Shown here: positions 1 to 10,008 of the stretch, piece by piece
Layout: each line of letters begins with the position of its first letter
How positions within the stretch are numbered: position 1 is the stretch's first letter
Assembly: GCA_051362555.1 (NCBI GenBank)
Contig: CM120648.1
Coordinates: 16,860,587 to 16,924,586, forward strand
DNA length: 64,000 nucleotides
Direction of reading: 5' to 3'
From: Lingula anatina
Lineage: Eukaryota > Animalia > Brachiopoda
Notes under the pieces: model-generated
Told to the model about the DNA's origin: nothing
The model's database searches: none
What the model saw: the letters and a program-made list of their open reading frames with translations, nothing else
Translations under genes and position numbers: made by a program

Positions 1-1251
1 TTTTTGTGTGTGTGTGAGTGTGTGTATGTGTGGAGAGACATCTAAGTACATTTAAAACTTTCATTATGTTTAACGGTTGAAATGAGTATACTCAGCTATT
101 TTCAGATTTGTCATACTGATGAGGTGTAAGCCATTAACTTAACCAACAAAAGAGTTTTCAAGAGAGTAATAAGGAAAATGCTCATGCATATGAAAATAGT
201 TTATTGCCGTTGTCATTTATTAATAAATATAACATGAATGTGACATCGTAAACACTGTGTTTTCAAGTAAAATGAAGCATCTGATACAAAGTATGAAATG
301 CGGCATTCACATGCTTGCTTGCGGTGCGTTCAGTACACTTTGTTTACACTGACAAGTCAAGGTCAGAAATGCACAATTTTTCTGTATAATATAATGCAGT
401 TTCAATTTTGATTAGTGAATTTCCTTCAAGCTCTATGGCCATTTTCTGAACATTTGTATAAGCTACGAAATATTTCTCAGGCCAAATTTCTCTAGGTCCA
501 AATGAGTGGCGTTACGACGCACTTCTGGTTTTCGTCGAAATCTAAGCTACGGTTTTGTGCAGCACATTCAGGGCGTTCTACCTGAAAATGTACGCAGCCG
601 CTTTGATTGGAATTTAAAACACTTATTCTTTACATGATATAGCACCTACGTGCATAATTGGTGATCTTTAGCTGTCATACATTTTGTAGTGCCAGTTCAA
701 TTTGAAAAAGGAGCTATTCCGACGATTTCTTGAAGGGCAAGTCTATGAACGGCTACAGTTGTCGTATGGAATCATAGTCGACAAGCGTTGTCCAAAATCT
801 GTATCGATCATACAGAGTTACAGACAAGTTGATAATGTGTGTTTTTCTTATAGATAATTGTTTTATTTCCTCAAATTGATTAAACAGACTGAAGTGTCGT
901 TAGAGACGATTGACGATGCGCTGAAATTGCGCAAATCGTCAAATTACGTAACGACCGAGCTACCTTAATTAAAATGAAGCATATTATAAATTCCATTGAA
1001 AAGAGTCCTTCATCCATATTCAAAATCCTAATCACTAATGGGTTCATTGAAATTGGTCAGAAACAGTAAAGTACTATAGAAAACTTCTTACATTTTTACT
1101 AAACATCAGCTGTGTGCTCACTAAATTTAAATATATGCTGTTTTTTAATGAAATAAAGGCAAGCATATTCATGGATAAAAACATTGTAAGACTAATTAAC
1201 TTTCAAATTTTTTTACATGTAATAAACATATCCATCCACAGTTAATACATG

Positions 1252-1997
1252 TTACTCACCTTGTTTCAGTTGGATGTACTTGAATGTCTTAACATTGCCG
1301 CCATCCTCTCCCACCACCAGTTGACCTGCAGGGTTGATGACTACTGCCTGGGGAAACTTCAACCCATCATCCTCAGTGACAATGTATCTGATAAACTGTC
1401 CCTGTGGACTCAGTGCCACTATACTGTGGTTATCCCAGTCAGCAATGAAGATGTGACCATAGCTGTCTGTGCACACTCCTTGTGGTAACCTCAGTTCACT
1501 GCCTTCTCTGCTGCCGTCATACTGGTACAGATGATCACCAGTAGGTGACAGCACATGTACACAGGGTCCCCACGTGTCACTGCCCCAGTCTGATATCACA
1601 ATGTTATCATTCACACTGTTCACTGTGATGTACACTGGGTATCCACACATACTGATTGGAATAGTGTTCAGGAGCTGTCCACTGTCTGCATGGAATGTCA
1701 AGATGGACTTCTTTCCAGTGTCATAAACCATCACATGACCTTGTCTGTTCAGTGTAATACCCTGTGGAAACTCCAGTAGACGCCGACCCATGGTTGTCAC
1801 CTGCTGACCTCTGGTGGAGTACACTTGGACACAACTGTCACCCTCTGATGTTATATACAGGTGACCAGTCTGTGACACAGCCACATCATATGGATAGTTT
1901 ACTTTAATGACAAACTTAAATTGCCCTTCGTGTGTGAAAACTTTTGTTCTGTTGTTTTTATAATCCACAACAAACATGTGTTCATTATCTATGGCTA
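1252..1997 (-). pseudogene. TRIM/NHL-repeat beta-propeller coding exon, 3' part (split by LTR insertion)
   Basis: NHL repeats: 'YPYDVAVSQTGHLYI', 'FPQGITLNRQGHVMV', 'LPQGVCTDSYGHIFIADWDNHSI', 'FPQAVVINPAGQLVVGE'. Consensus donor CAAG|GTGAGT at 1260/1259. The first ~60 aa of track ORF 1252..2178 are LTR sequence. Confidence 0.85.
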
Positions 1998-2287
1998 TAA
2001 AGTGTTTATGCGAGCTATCTGTCTTCCGTTCGAGGCTCGTGTGTCCTCTCCTCGCACCGAGTGTCCTTATTAAGCTCTGCTCTACGTCGCCAGATCCGCT
2101 CTCCGTATTCACAGGTCGAAGCTCCTTGTGTAACTGTGTGGGTATATACAGTAGAAAGGTGTGTAGGTGAGTCCGCACCCTCTCGCGTCGTGGCTCGAAC
2201 TGCCCTTTTTCTAATATACTGCACTCCCGCCAGGTGGTGTAGGCTCATCTCCGTAGTTCGGGAAGTGCTTCCGGCACAATCACAACA
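1998..2287 (-). repeat. 3' LTR of Gag-PR element (TG...TA)
   Basis: Identical by eye to 7877-8166; minus strand begins TGTTGTG and ends CACTTTA. Confidence 0.92.
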
Positions 2288-2301
2288 CTCCTCCCCTCTT
2301 T
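2288..2301 (-). promoter_or_regulatory. Polypurine tract
   Basis: AAAGAGGGGAGGAG on minus strand immediately before the 3' LTR. Confidence 0.85.
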
Positions 2302-4501
2302 ATTTGAAAGAGATGAGTTTACTTTCAAAATTTTTCCTGATAGAATCATACAAGCAGTTCCTTAGTAATAACAGCGGTGCTCACCTGAAATTCTTGAACT
2401 ATATACAAGTTAAAAAGATATTTACACAAAGATACATGTACAGATTTACAAAGGAGTCCCCAAAAACAAAACAAATGACTCCTGTGAGAACAAAATTACT
2501 TTACATATTTACAAAGGCTGAGTCTACAAAAACAAAAACGACTCCAGCATAGACAAAAATACTTATTTACACAGGAATCTACAAAAACAAAACAAAAGAT
2601 TCCTGTTATTCAGAGAACACAATTGACAAATTCTGAGAATGACGTCTCATGGCTTCTGCCATTTCAGCATGACAATATTATAACTGTCACACAGGCATCA
2701 CTCTTGATTCATCACTGTGACTCTGGGAATATTTACAATCTAAGTGAATGATCATTAGAGGATAAAGTCAAAGACAGTAAAGGACCAATATCTGTCGTAT
2801 GACAATTATCTGCATGACATACGCGTCACACACTCTTGATCTATCACTAAAGATTGAAGCTCAGTAACGATATAATATCTGTCACATATGAGCTAAGTGT
2901 AGTGATGTAAAATCTCCTACACTGTTCTTTAGAGTGCAACAATATAAATCTGTTACACTATACGGTAACCACAGTACAGATGTTGCCCATATAGGTTAAG
3001 ATCACTAGTTAGATAACTATTTAGTCTCCCTCTCTGGCTACAACCAAACCATGCAACTAGACATTATCCCAGTGGCTGCAGCATGTCCTTACAGTACCAT
3101 CATCCAAGTTCACTTCACACATAAAGAGACAACCAGTATCCCTACCCCTTTAAATAAAAAGTAAGGCCAAATGTACATATAGCTACCAGACAGAGATAAC
3201 AGTCAACTAATCAAAATCCATTCAATCTCCAGGGTTTAGATTGTAATTAACAGAAATGAAACACCTTTCAGAGATATAAACTTTCATAAAATAACCTTCT
3301 GAAATTAAGGTTACCTGCTACCGCATGAGCAATTAGACCACTTTAGATGCACCTGTCATTCACCTTAAGACATCCTTAAACCATCTAAATTTTAGTCCCT
3401 CAATGCTCTAATCCAGCAGTAACATACAAACGGTATCCCCTTTTTACAGATCATCCAGAAACATTCCAGATAGACACTTGCACTAAACATGGTAATAAGG
3501 ATTCCGGATTCCAATATATACCATACAGCTTGAATAATAAGCTTTCAAATACAAACCAAAACGTTCACGTCACTCATAATTGTTATCTCTGCACTTGCCA
3601 AAAGTTAAGTCCTATCACTGGAATTTCATTGCACAATGTATAAACCAAGATCAAGAACTATACAAAGGCAAGATTTTTTAAATGAAGACCCAGAATAATA
3701 CTTGTTAGAGTGATCTTTATAACAGTTAACAAGACAACGATGATGAATAAAGTCCATATTGCAGATTTCCAGCAATAGCAACTTCAAAGATAAGACTTTC
3801 GTTACCAAGGCTACCAAACTCCAATTAACCGTAATGCCTTGTTGAGTGACTTTATCATTCAACTTTATTTGCAGAAAAATATCAACATGAATACCTTTTC
3901 TTCACCACAGTGACTGTAATATCCGCCAAAACACAGCAGCAATAATCACTTCAGCAAGTGAACCAACTAGAGCAGAAACATTACAACTTAACTGTTCAAA
4001 AGACCATGGCAAACAAATATCGATAGGAAATCTGGGATGTCAAAGTCAAGTTATGGTAAAACAGAGCATGGATTTGATTAACAAAATGAAGTAAGAGCAA
4101 CAAAATATAAAGAAATGACGACTGTAAATTTGAAAAACGAATATTAAGATACAAATGATACAGCCCAGACACACCAATGTCAGACAATAAATAGAACTTA
4201 AAGGAATATAAGATAACAATGACGGAAACAGACTGAAGAGATAACAATACATCTGATAAAGTCTAGGCACACCAGCATCTGACCATAAAAAAGACATTAA
4301 ACTAAAAGGAAACAATCTCACAAGCAGCATCAGCTTGAAGCTGAAATTGTGTTACTATCATTTAATTGCAATCAAGAAACTTGCTCCGTCTTGTGCTGGC
4401 AGAATGACCCCTGTCACCTGTGAGTGTCAATTGTCATTATCCAAACACAAGGTCTGATTCTGACGACAAATGTCACAATTTGCTGCAGAAGCCCTGAAAG
4501 A

Positions 4502-7222
4502 TCAATGCAGACAAAGACATCTTACAACAAAAAGAACAGACAAAAACCCACCAGGATCATAAGGCCAATTGCTAACATTTGAGAAAATTGATTGTACAGT
4601 ACTAAATGATTGTCCCGTCCCTCTGTAGCTATGTGCAGCACTTAAAAGTGTTTGCAAAACGTGCAATGACCACTTTGCCTCCAACATGACCACCAGTTTA
4701 TTTAATCTACCCTTCCCTTTAGGATAGCCCATTTCTCTGAAAACTTGAAACCTCCCTAGTTTCCCTTTAAATACAAAACAACTGATGTCATTGTGATCAC
4801 AAGCACCACTGACAATGTTCACTTTATCAGACATAGCTTCACCAGCCAGGAATTTGTCATCAGCAGGTACAGGTTTTTCGCCAGAATAGAGGGACTTTCT
4901 ATTTTGATCTTTACCTGGGACGTTGGTTTTATCATGTAACTCTTCAAACAAACCTGGTATCCTTTTACTCCCTTTCACTTTTTTGATTTGGTCGATGGAA
5001 TTGCCTGAAGAAAATTCAAAATGTGACACATTGCTTAACCTGGAATGATTTTCAAAATCCCTTAGCCCTACCCTTGCTATAATTGGTTTTTGATCTTTAT
5101 TTGGCATTTCTGTCATTTTCATCATTTCACCCCTTACTACAAGAGTACCAGCTTTGATATCAATGATCACCCCCAAATTTTGTAAAACGTCATGACCTAA
5201 AATCATTTCATCATGAATGGGAGCTATGTACTGTGTTTGGAAAGTACTGGATCCAAGTTTCATTTTCAGAGAATCGATGAAATAACCCTTCAGTACTGCA
5301 TTGTCACTTGCCAGACTCATTGCAACATCTCCCAATATTGATGGTTTTCTTTTCAATTTTTCGTAAACTTTTGTGGAGAGAATGGTGACCTCCGACCCAG
5401 TATCAACTCGGGCATGGATTGGTAAACCTCCAAGCTTAAGTTTTACGTAAGAATTTGAAGCAACAGTCTGTTGAATAGGAGCTTTTGGTGTTAAATTTTG
5501 ATCTCTCTTGTTAATTGGTTTTTTCCTTGCACACTCAGCTGGGTTAGGTGTTTTAGTGACAGCTTCTAGAAGATCTAGTTCACTTTCACTTGTTTGTGTA
5601 GAAATGTTACAGGTGTTTGTTGACAACTGAGGTACAGGATTGCCAATTTTGTGATTGGATTCAAGTGGATTAGTAATCTCACTTATACTGTTAACATGCA
5701 CATCCATTCGTGTAGCAACATGGCTGTTAGGCTGGTGAGGTTGAGTAAAATTTCTCAAAGCATTCTCCTTATTTTTCTTCAACCAAATTTTGTGTTTTTC
5801 ACAATCCCTTTTAAAATGATCTGGACTATGACAGAAGAAACAGGTTTGTCTTCTACTCAAAATTGGTGTTGCTAATTTCAACACAGTTTCCACTACTTTT
5901 TCAAGGTTGTGCACAGGTGGAACTTCAGCAGATTTAACACTTTCTTTCTTTCTGTTTTCGAAGAGCAAAGAAACATGCTGATAATATTTCACTTTGTTTA
6001 TAGCAGCCTCTATGCTTTTTGGTAGTTCTAAACAAGCATACTTTCCAGCCTCCCAGTCTGAACAACCTAAACAAAATTGTGTTATTGCCTCTTTATTGAT
6101 GAAAGATTCTGGCAGATCCACATAGGCTGACATTGCTAGAGAAAGGACCCTTGCTGCCCAATCACCGAGAGATTCATTTGGTTGTTGGTAAGAGTGTTGA
6201 AATTCTACCCGGGCAATTTCAGGCAAAACTTCATCACTAAACCGAGTTTCCAACTTCTGCAAAATTTCCAAATATGAGAAGTCTTTACCCGATTTTGTAA
6301 GGCGTGTGTAGTAGTCTAGAGCATTTCCTTCTAGACTCCATGTTAGATAGTCTTTTGATTGAATATCGGACCAACCATACACTTCTTTATAGCTCTCAAA
6401 TTTATGTTTGAAAGATTGCCAATTACTTTTCCCATCATATTTAAGAGAATTTGGAAGATCACTGGGATTTCCCCTCTCTTCCCTCGAAAAGTTTTTAAAT
6501 TTTTTGAATTTACAACTTGATGGTTTTTGTAATGGAGCAGGATGTTTTAAAGAATGTGTAAAGTGATCCTTTGATGTTAGTTTGCTATCCCATTCACACT
6601 CCTCCTCAGAAGATGATGTTATTCTTCTAGGGTTTAAACAAGATCTAGGACAATTGTTAGAAAGGTTTTCCTCATCTCCACTGCTACGAAAACAAACAGC
6701 TTCAGAATGAGTATAAGCCCCCTGAATGTCATTGTTAGCACTACTGCATGGTGTTTTAGCAGCATGTAATTCTGTTTTAAAATGACACCTAGATCGAGAA
6801 GTATCTTGTTCCTCATTGGAAGAACAAGCATGGGAAGAAAGTCTAGACTTCAGCTCACTTAATATTTCGCTTGATGGTTTTAGATGTTTTTGCGAATTTA
6901 ACCGAAAATGGCCAGTTTCCGATTGACATTTAGAAGACAGTTTTTCTCTTCGAACTGATTTAGAATCAACTTTGGGCACTGAAGCCATAGCCCCTTCATC
7001 TGATTTTTCCATAGCAGCCAACCTGGCTTTTTCCTTCTTCAGTTCTGAAAGAGTTTTCCTTAATTGTAATAATTTGGCAAAGTTTTCCGAAATATGTTTT
7101 TCTAAATGTTTATTGGAGAGCTGTTCTCTAGAACTTTCGTTTTCCTCCAGTTTAGCATGACTGAGAGTAGTTGCATTGGTGTACATTGAAGCAGGTGATC
7201 TCCACTTTCTCCTATCATCCAT
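4502..7222 (-). CDS. Gag (capsid-like, CCHC knuckle)-aspartic protease polyprotein with unknown C-terminal tail
   Basis: Gag core 'YDGKSNWQSFKHKF...WSLEGNALDYY...QQPNESLGDWA', knuckle CFFCHSPDHFKRDC, protease VDTGSEVT...ILGHD. First ATG (MDDRRKW) at 7222; open frame extends to 7348. Confidence 0.88.
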   Translation of the reverse strand: MDDRRKWRSPASMYTNATTLSHAKLEENESSREQLSNKHLEKHISENFAKLLQLRKTLSELKKEKARLAAMEKSDEGAMASVPKVDSKSVRREKLSSKCQSETGHFRLNSQKHLKPSSEILSELKSRLSSHACSSNEEQDTSRSRCHFKTELHAAKTPCSSANNDIQGAYTHSEAVCFRSSGDEENLSNNCPRSCLNPRRITSSSEEECEWDSKLTSKDHFTHSLKHPAPLQKPSSCKFKKFKNFSREERGNPSDLPNSLKYDGKSNWQSFKHKFESYKEVYGWSDIQSKDYLTWSLEGNALDYYTRLTKSGKDFSYLEILQKLETRFSDEVLPEIARVEFQHSYQQPNESLGDWAARVLSLAMSAYVDLPESFINKEAITQFCLGCSDWEAGKYACLELPKSIEAAINKVKYYQHVSLLFENRKKESVKSAEVPPVHNLEKVVETVLKLATPILSRRQTCFFCHSPDHFKRDCEKHKIWLKKNKENALRNFTQPHQPNSHVATRMDVHVNSISEITNPLESNHKIGNPVPQLSTNTCNISTQTSESELDLLEAVTKTPNPAECARKKPINKRDQNLTPKAPIQQTVASNSYVKLKLGGLPIHARVDTGSEVTILSTKVYEKLKRKPSILGDVAMSLASDNAVLKGYFIDSLKMKLGSSTFQTQYIAPIHDEMILGHDVLQNLGVIIDIKAGTLVVRGEMMKMTEMPNKDQKPIIARVGLRDFENHSRLSNVSHFEFSSGNSIDQIKKVKGSKRIPGLFEELHDKTNVPGKDQNRKSLYSGEKPVPADDKFLAGEAMSDKVNIVSGACDHNDISCFVFKGKLGRFQVFREMGYPKGKGRLNKLVVMLEAKWSLHVLQTLLSAAHSYRGTGQSFSTVQSIFSNVSNWPYDPGGFLSVLFVVRCLCLH

Positions 7223-7862
7223 AACTGCAATGAGTATATGAACAATAATAAGTCCAAAATAAAACAATATATACAAACTTACAATGGAGAATGTGATAAT
7301 GAGATACTTGTTGAACCTGAAACAATTACCAGCATACAAACAGCACACCTGAGACCAAAAGTTGCTAGGCTTAAGTGAGACTAATTAACAGTGCATTAAA
7401 AACTCCTGGATTTGACCAGTTCACAACAACACTTGAAAAGCAGTGTGAAGCACACCTTGAATTTCAACTTGGTCCCAATAAACTAGAGTAATGTAAGGTT
7501 AAAAGGGTAAAAGTGGTTGAACAGTTCACAAGAAAAGTCACAAGGCGTGTACTCAAGTGTAAGAAACAGAGTTGCCGGCTAACCTCACGTGAATGTATGA
7601 GCTTCTAAGATGATAACAGCTCACCTGTGATACAGTTGAGTGAGTTTGTCATGGAGAACGAATACGGCGAGTATGTGGTGATATTATTTTCAAAAACTTG
7701 TCAAAATTTCTTTATTTACCCTAAACGGATTCCTTATGGGCCCATGCAAACTAAACTTCATTGAAATGAATTCAGTTACCTGATGCACCTGCCCCTCCCT
7801 TAAAAAAAAAACAAAGAAATTTCTGACCTCAAGTTTTTGAACTTCCCGCGTATTTTCTTACG

Positions 7863-7875
7863 ATCCTTGTCGCCA
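7863..7875 (-). promoter_or_regulatory. Primer-binding site, tRNA-Ser(GCU)-like
   Basis: TGGCGACAAGGAT, 1 nt after the 5' LTR; one mismatch to the complement of the metazoan tRNA-Ser(GCU) 3' end as I recall it (ATCCTCGTCG-CCA). Confidence 0.7.
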
Positions 7876-7876
7876 A

Positions 7877-8166
7877 TAAAGTGTTTATGCGAGCTATCTG
7901 TCTTCCGTTCGAGGCTCGTGTGTCCTCTCCTCGCACCGAGTGTCCTTATTAAGCTCTGCTCTACGTCGCCAGATCCGCTCTCCGTATTCACAGGTCGAAG
8001 CTCCTTGTGTAACTGTGTGGGTATATACAGTAGAAAGGTGTGTAGGTGAGTCCGCACCCTCTCGCGTCGTGGCTCGAACTGCCCTTTTTCTAATATACTG
8101 CACTCCCGCCAGGTGGTGTAGGCTCATCTCCGTAGTTCGGGAAGTGCTTCCGGCACAATCACAACA
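7877..8166 (-). repeat. 5' LTR of Gag-PR element
   Basis: Direct repeat of 1998-2287, followed on minus strand by the PBS. Confidence 0.92.
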
Positions 8167-8653
8167 GCTAACCCAGTTATGTAGGTTATTTCTCTATCAT
8201 ATCCCAGTTTAGCACTAAAGGAATGCACACCTTCTGCCTTGTCTAAGAAAACAGGAGGATGTGTAGCTAATGTTGTATTTGTTTCCTGTCCAGCTAATGG
8301 AGGTTGTGTCTGTACTGTCACCTGTCCTGATCTTGGATTTACACCTCGTCTAGACTGCCCTAACATGGCTTCCATTCCGACAGTAGATCCTGTAATATTT
8401 CTGTCAGTGATTGCTAAACTTTATGTTCACTTCTGGTGCTGCTGCTTTGAGATCACAGTAACATAAACACTTGCTCCATATACCTACACGTCGGTCGGAT
8501 CATATCTCTTTCTTTATCAAATATGTTCAGCATTATCCCACAATCTCTGTCCTGTTGTGATCGGAGTTTTTTTCCTTCCTCCACCTGGTCTGCTCTCCAT
8601 GTGCCAAGATAGGCCACCTCAGGTGAGTGAGCTAGGCCAGGTGGGGACAGCAC
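8167..8653 (-). pseudogene. 5' part of the same TRIM-NHL gene (coiled-coil/linker into first NHL blade), with stops and a frameshift
   Basis: Removing the element and one GCTA restores ...ACT GGG TTA GCC ATA GAT AAT GAA (TGLAIDNE), in frame with the 1997 side. Upstream reads MEQVFMLL*SQSSSTRSEHKV*QSLTEILQDLLSEWKPC*, in a different frame from PVFLDKAEGVHSFSAKL. Confidence 0.75.
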
Positions 8654-8982
8654 GCCCCCTGCAGGAGATCGTCACTATTGTGACATCACAACTGTCACAA
8701 AGTCAATTGTCAAGATTCTGCACTCCGCATAGGACGTGTCTAGAACGACGATCCATCTACCATTCAATCAAAGAGCATAACAAATAGCCACGCTCGGCTG
8801 TCACCTTGATTGGATAGTAAACGATTGTCGTAAAATCGCTAAATGATATTAAAATCGGGTGCATAAACTAGAAAACCACCTAGGACAACCTAAGACTGCC
8901 ACATTAATCCAATACAATGCAAACATAAACTATAACAAGTGGTTAAAGCCTTCAAACCGAATGTCGTAAAGTCCCCATATAC

Positions 8983-9586
8983 CACCCTGAGCTTCAGAGA
9001 TAACTTGACACTAACCTCTTCACTATAGCCTATCTTCATCGTGTCAAGTTACCTCTGACGAAAATAGTTTGACCTAGTTTATATAAGCCAATCGAATCCA
9101 TGTTTCAAAATTTTTCACCAAAGTTTGGTGAAAACGCTGATTGGTTGACCGTCAATCGGCAATCCTCGGCTGATTCCGCAAGCTCCATACTAACAACATA
9201 GTTATTGTCGAGTGCGGAGACATCCGAGTAGTTCCGAGTGCATAACCGTACACAAAGAAAGCATGGAGTATATCGGAATTGAAACCAGAGCAGTTTGATG
9301 CCCTGCATAATTATCTACTGAGGGATGATGTATTTTGCGTGCTGCCCACAGATTACGGCAAGTCCCTGATATTCAGCCTTATCTTTGATTGGTCCGGATT
9401 TGAACAAAGCGCGCTTTGACTCGTTCGCGTTCATTGGCTAGATCGTTCAATGAGTCATTGAGTGCGGGCTTTAAATTTGATTGGCGGGCGGCGGAGGCAA
9501 TCGAATGTGGTCAGAGGTAACTTGACACGATGAAGATAGGCTATAGTGAAGAGGTTAGTGTCAAGTTATCTCTGAAGCTCAGGGTG
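8983..9586. mobile_element. MITE with 77-bp TIRs and 8-bp TSD, carrying a RecQ helicase fragment
   Basis: TIR CACCCTGAGCTTCAGAGATAAC... (8983-9059 / 9510-9586); TSD CCATATAC (8975-8982, 9587-9594). Confidence 0.9.
9279..9377 (+). pseudogene. RecQ/DEAD-box helicase Q-motif and Walker A fragment
   Basis: Translates LKPEQFDALHNYLLRDDVFCVLPTDYGKSLIFS, matching the RecQ pattern L+PxQ...DVFxxLPTGxGKSLxF with G>D in Walker A. Confidence 0.8.
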
Positions 9587-9597
9587 CCATATACCTC

Positions 9598-9785
9598 CGC
9601 CATGACATGAAGCAAACAAACACGTCTTTAGTGTCCAAATCATATACCTCAAGTGCCGACAAGACACTCAGCGTTTATTTACATGCAAATCAGGCAGATG
9701 ACCAAGTGTCACTGCTAGAGGCAATTACGTACTATACAGCTGTGTTTACTCGTTACAATCGAATGCACTTTACATAATACTGGCG
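9598..9785 (-). repeat. 3' LTR of Troyka-type element
   Basis: Identical by eye to 14918-15105. Confidence 0.92.
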
Positions 9786-9791
9786 TAATCA

Positions 9792-9836
9792 CTTTTCTTT
9801 CTCTTTTTCTTTCTTTCTTTCTTTTTTTTTTTTTTT
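9792..9836 (-). promoter_or_regulatory. Long polypurine tract of Troyka-type element
   Basis: Pure C/T run on plus strand (A/G on minus), 6 nt from the 3' LTR. Confidence 0.7.
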
Positions 9837-10008
9837 ATAAAAGGATTAAATAATGTGTAATAACGGCAAAATCAATACAAAAACATTAGTGCAGTATGTA
9901 CAGAGGTGTAACAGTAGAGTGTCAATGTCAAAGGTACATGCAAGTCTCCTCTCCGTTTATAGATAACTGAGTGTCAGATTCATAGGTATAAACTCTTTTA
10001 AGACATTA

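Larger units (their letters stand above)
1998..8166 (-). mobile_element. Non-autonomous Gypsy-like LTR retrotransposon encoding Gag+protease only
   Basis: 290-bp direct repeats at 1998-2287 and 7877-8166; 4-bp TSD GCTA (1994-1997, 8167-8170); PBS and PPT in correct positions; one long ORF with no RT/RNaseH/IN. Confidence 0.92.

Noticed and set aside
361-968. Possible Kolobok-like element ending CC|TTAA at ~968
   Set aside because: No matching left TIR found.
3626-4330. Hydrophobic minus-strand ORFs as a possible env gene
   Set aside because: Short, separated from gag-PR by several stops, explained by T-rich composition; no env motifs.
7223-7348. Transmembrane-like N-terminal extension of Gag
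   Set aside because: Depends on a non-ATG start in T-rich leader; first ATG is at 7222.
7800-8212. Duplicated small ORFs (also 1976-2552)
   Set aside because: Translations of the identical LTRs.
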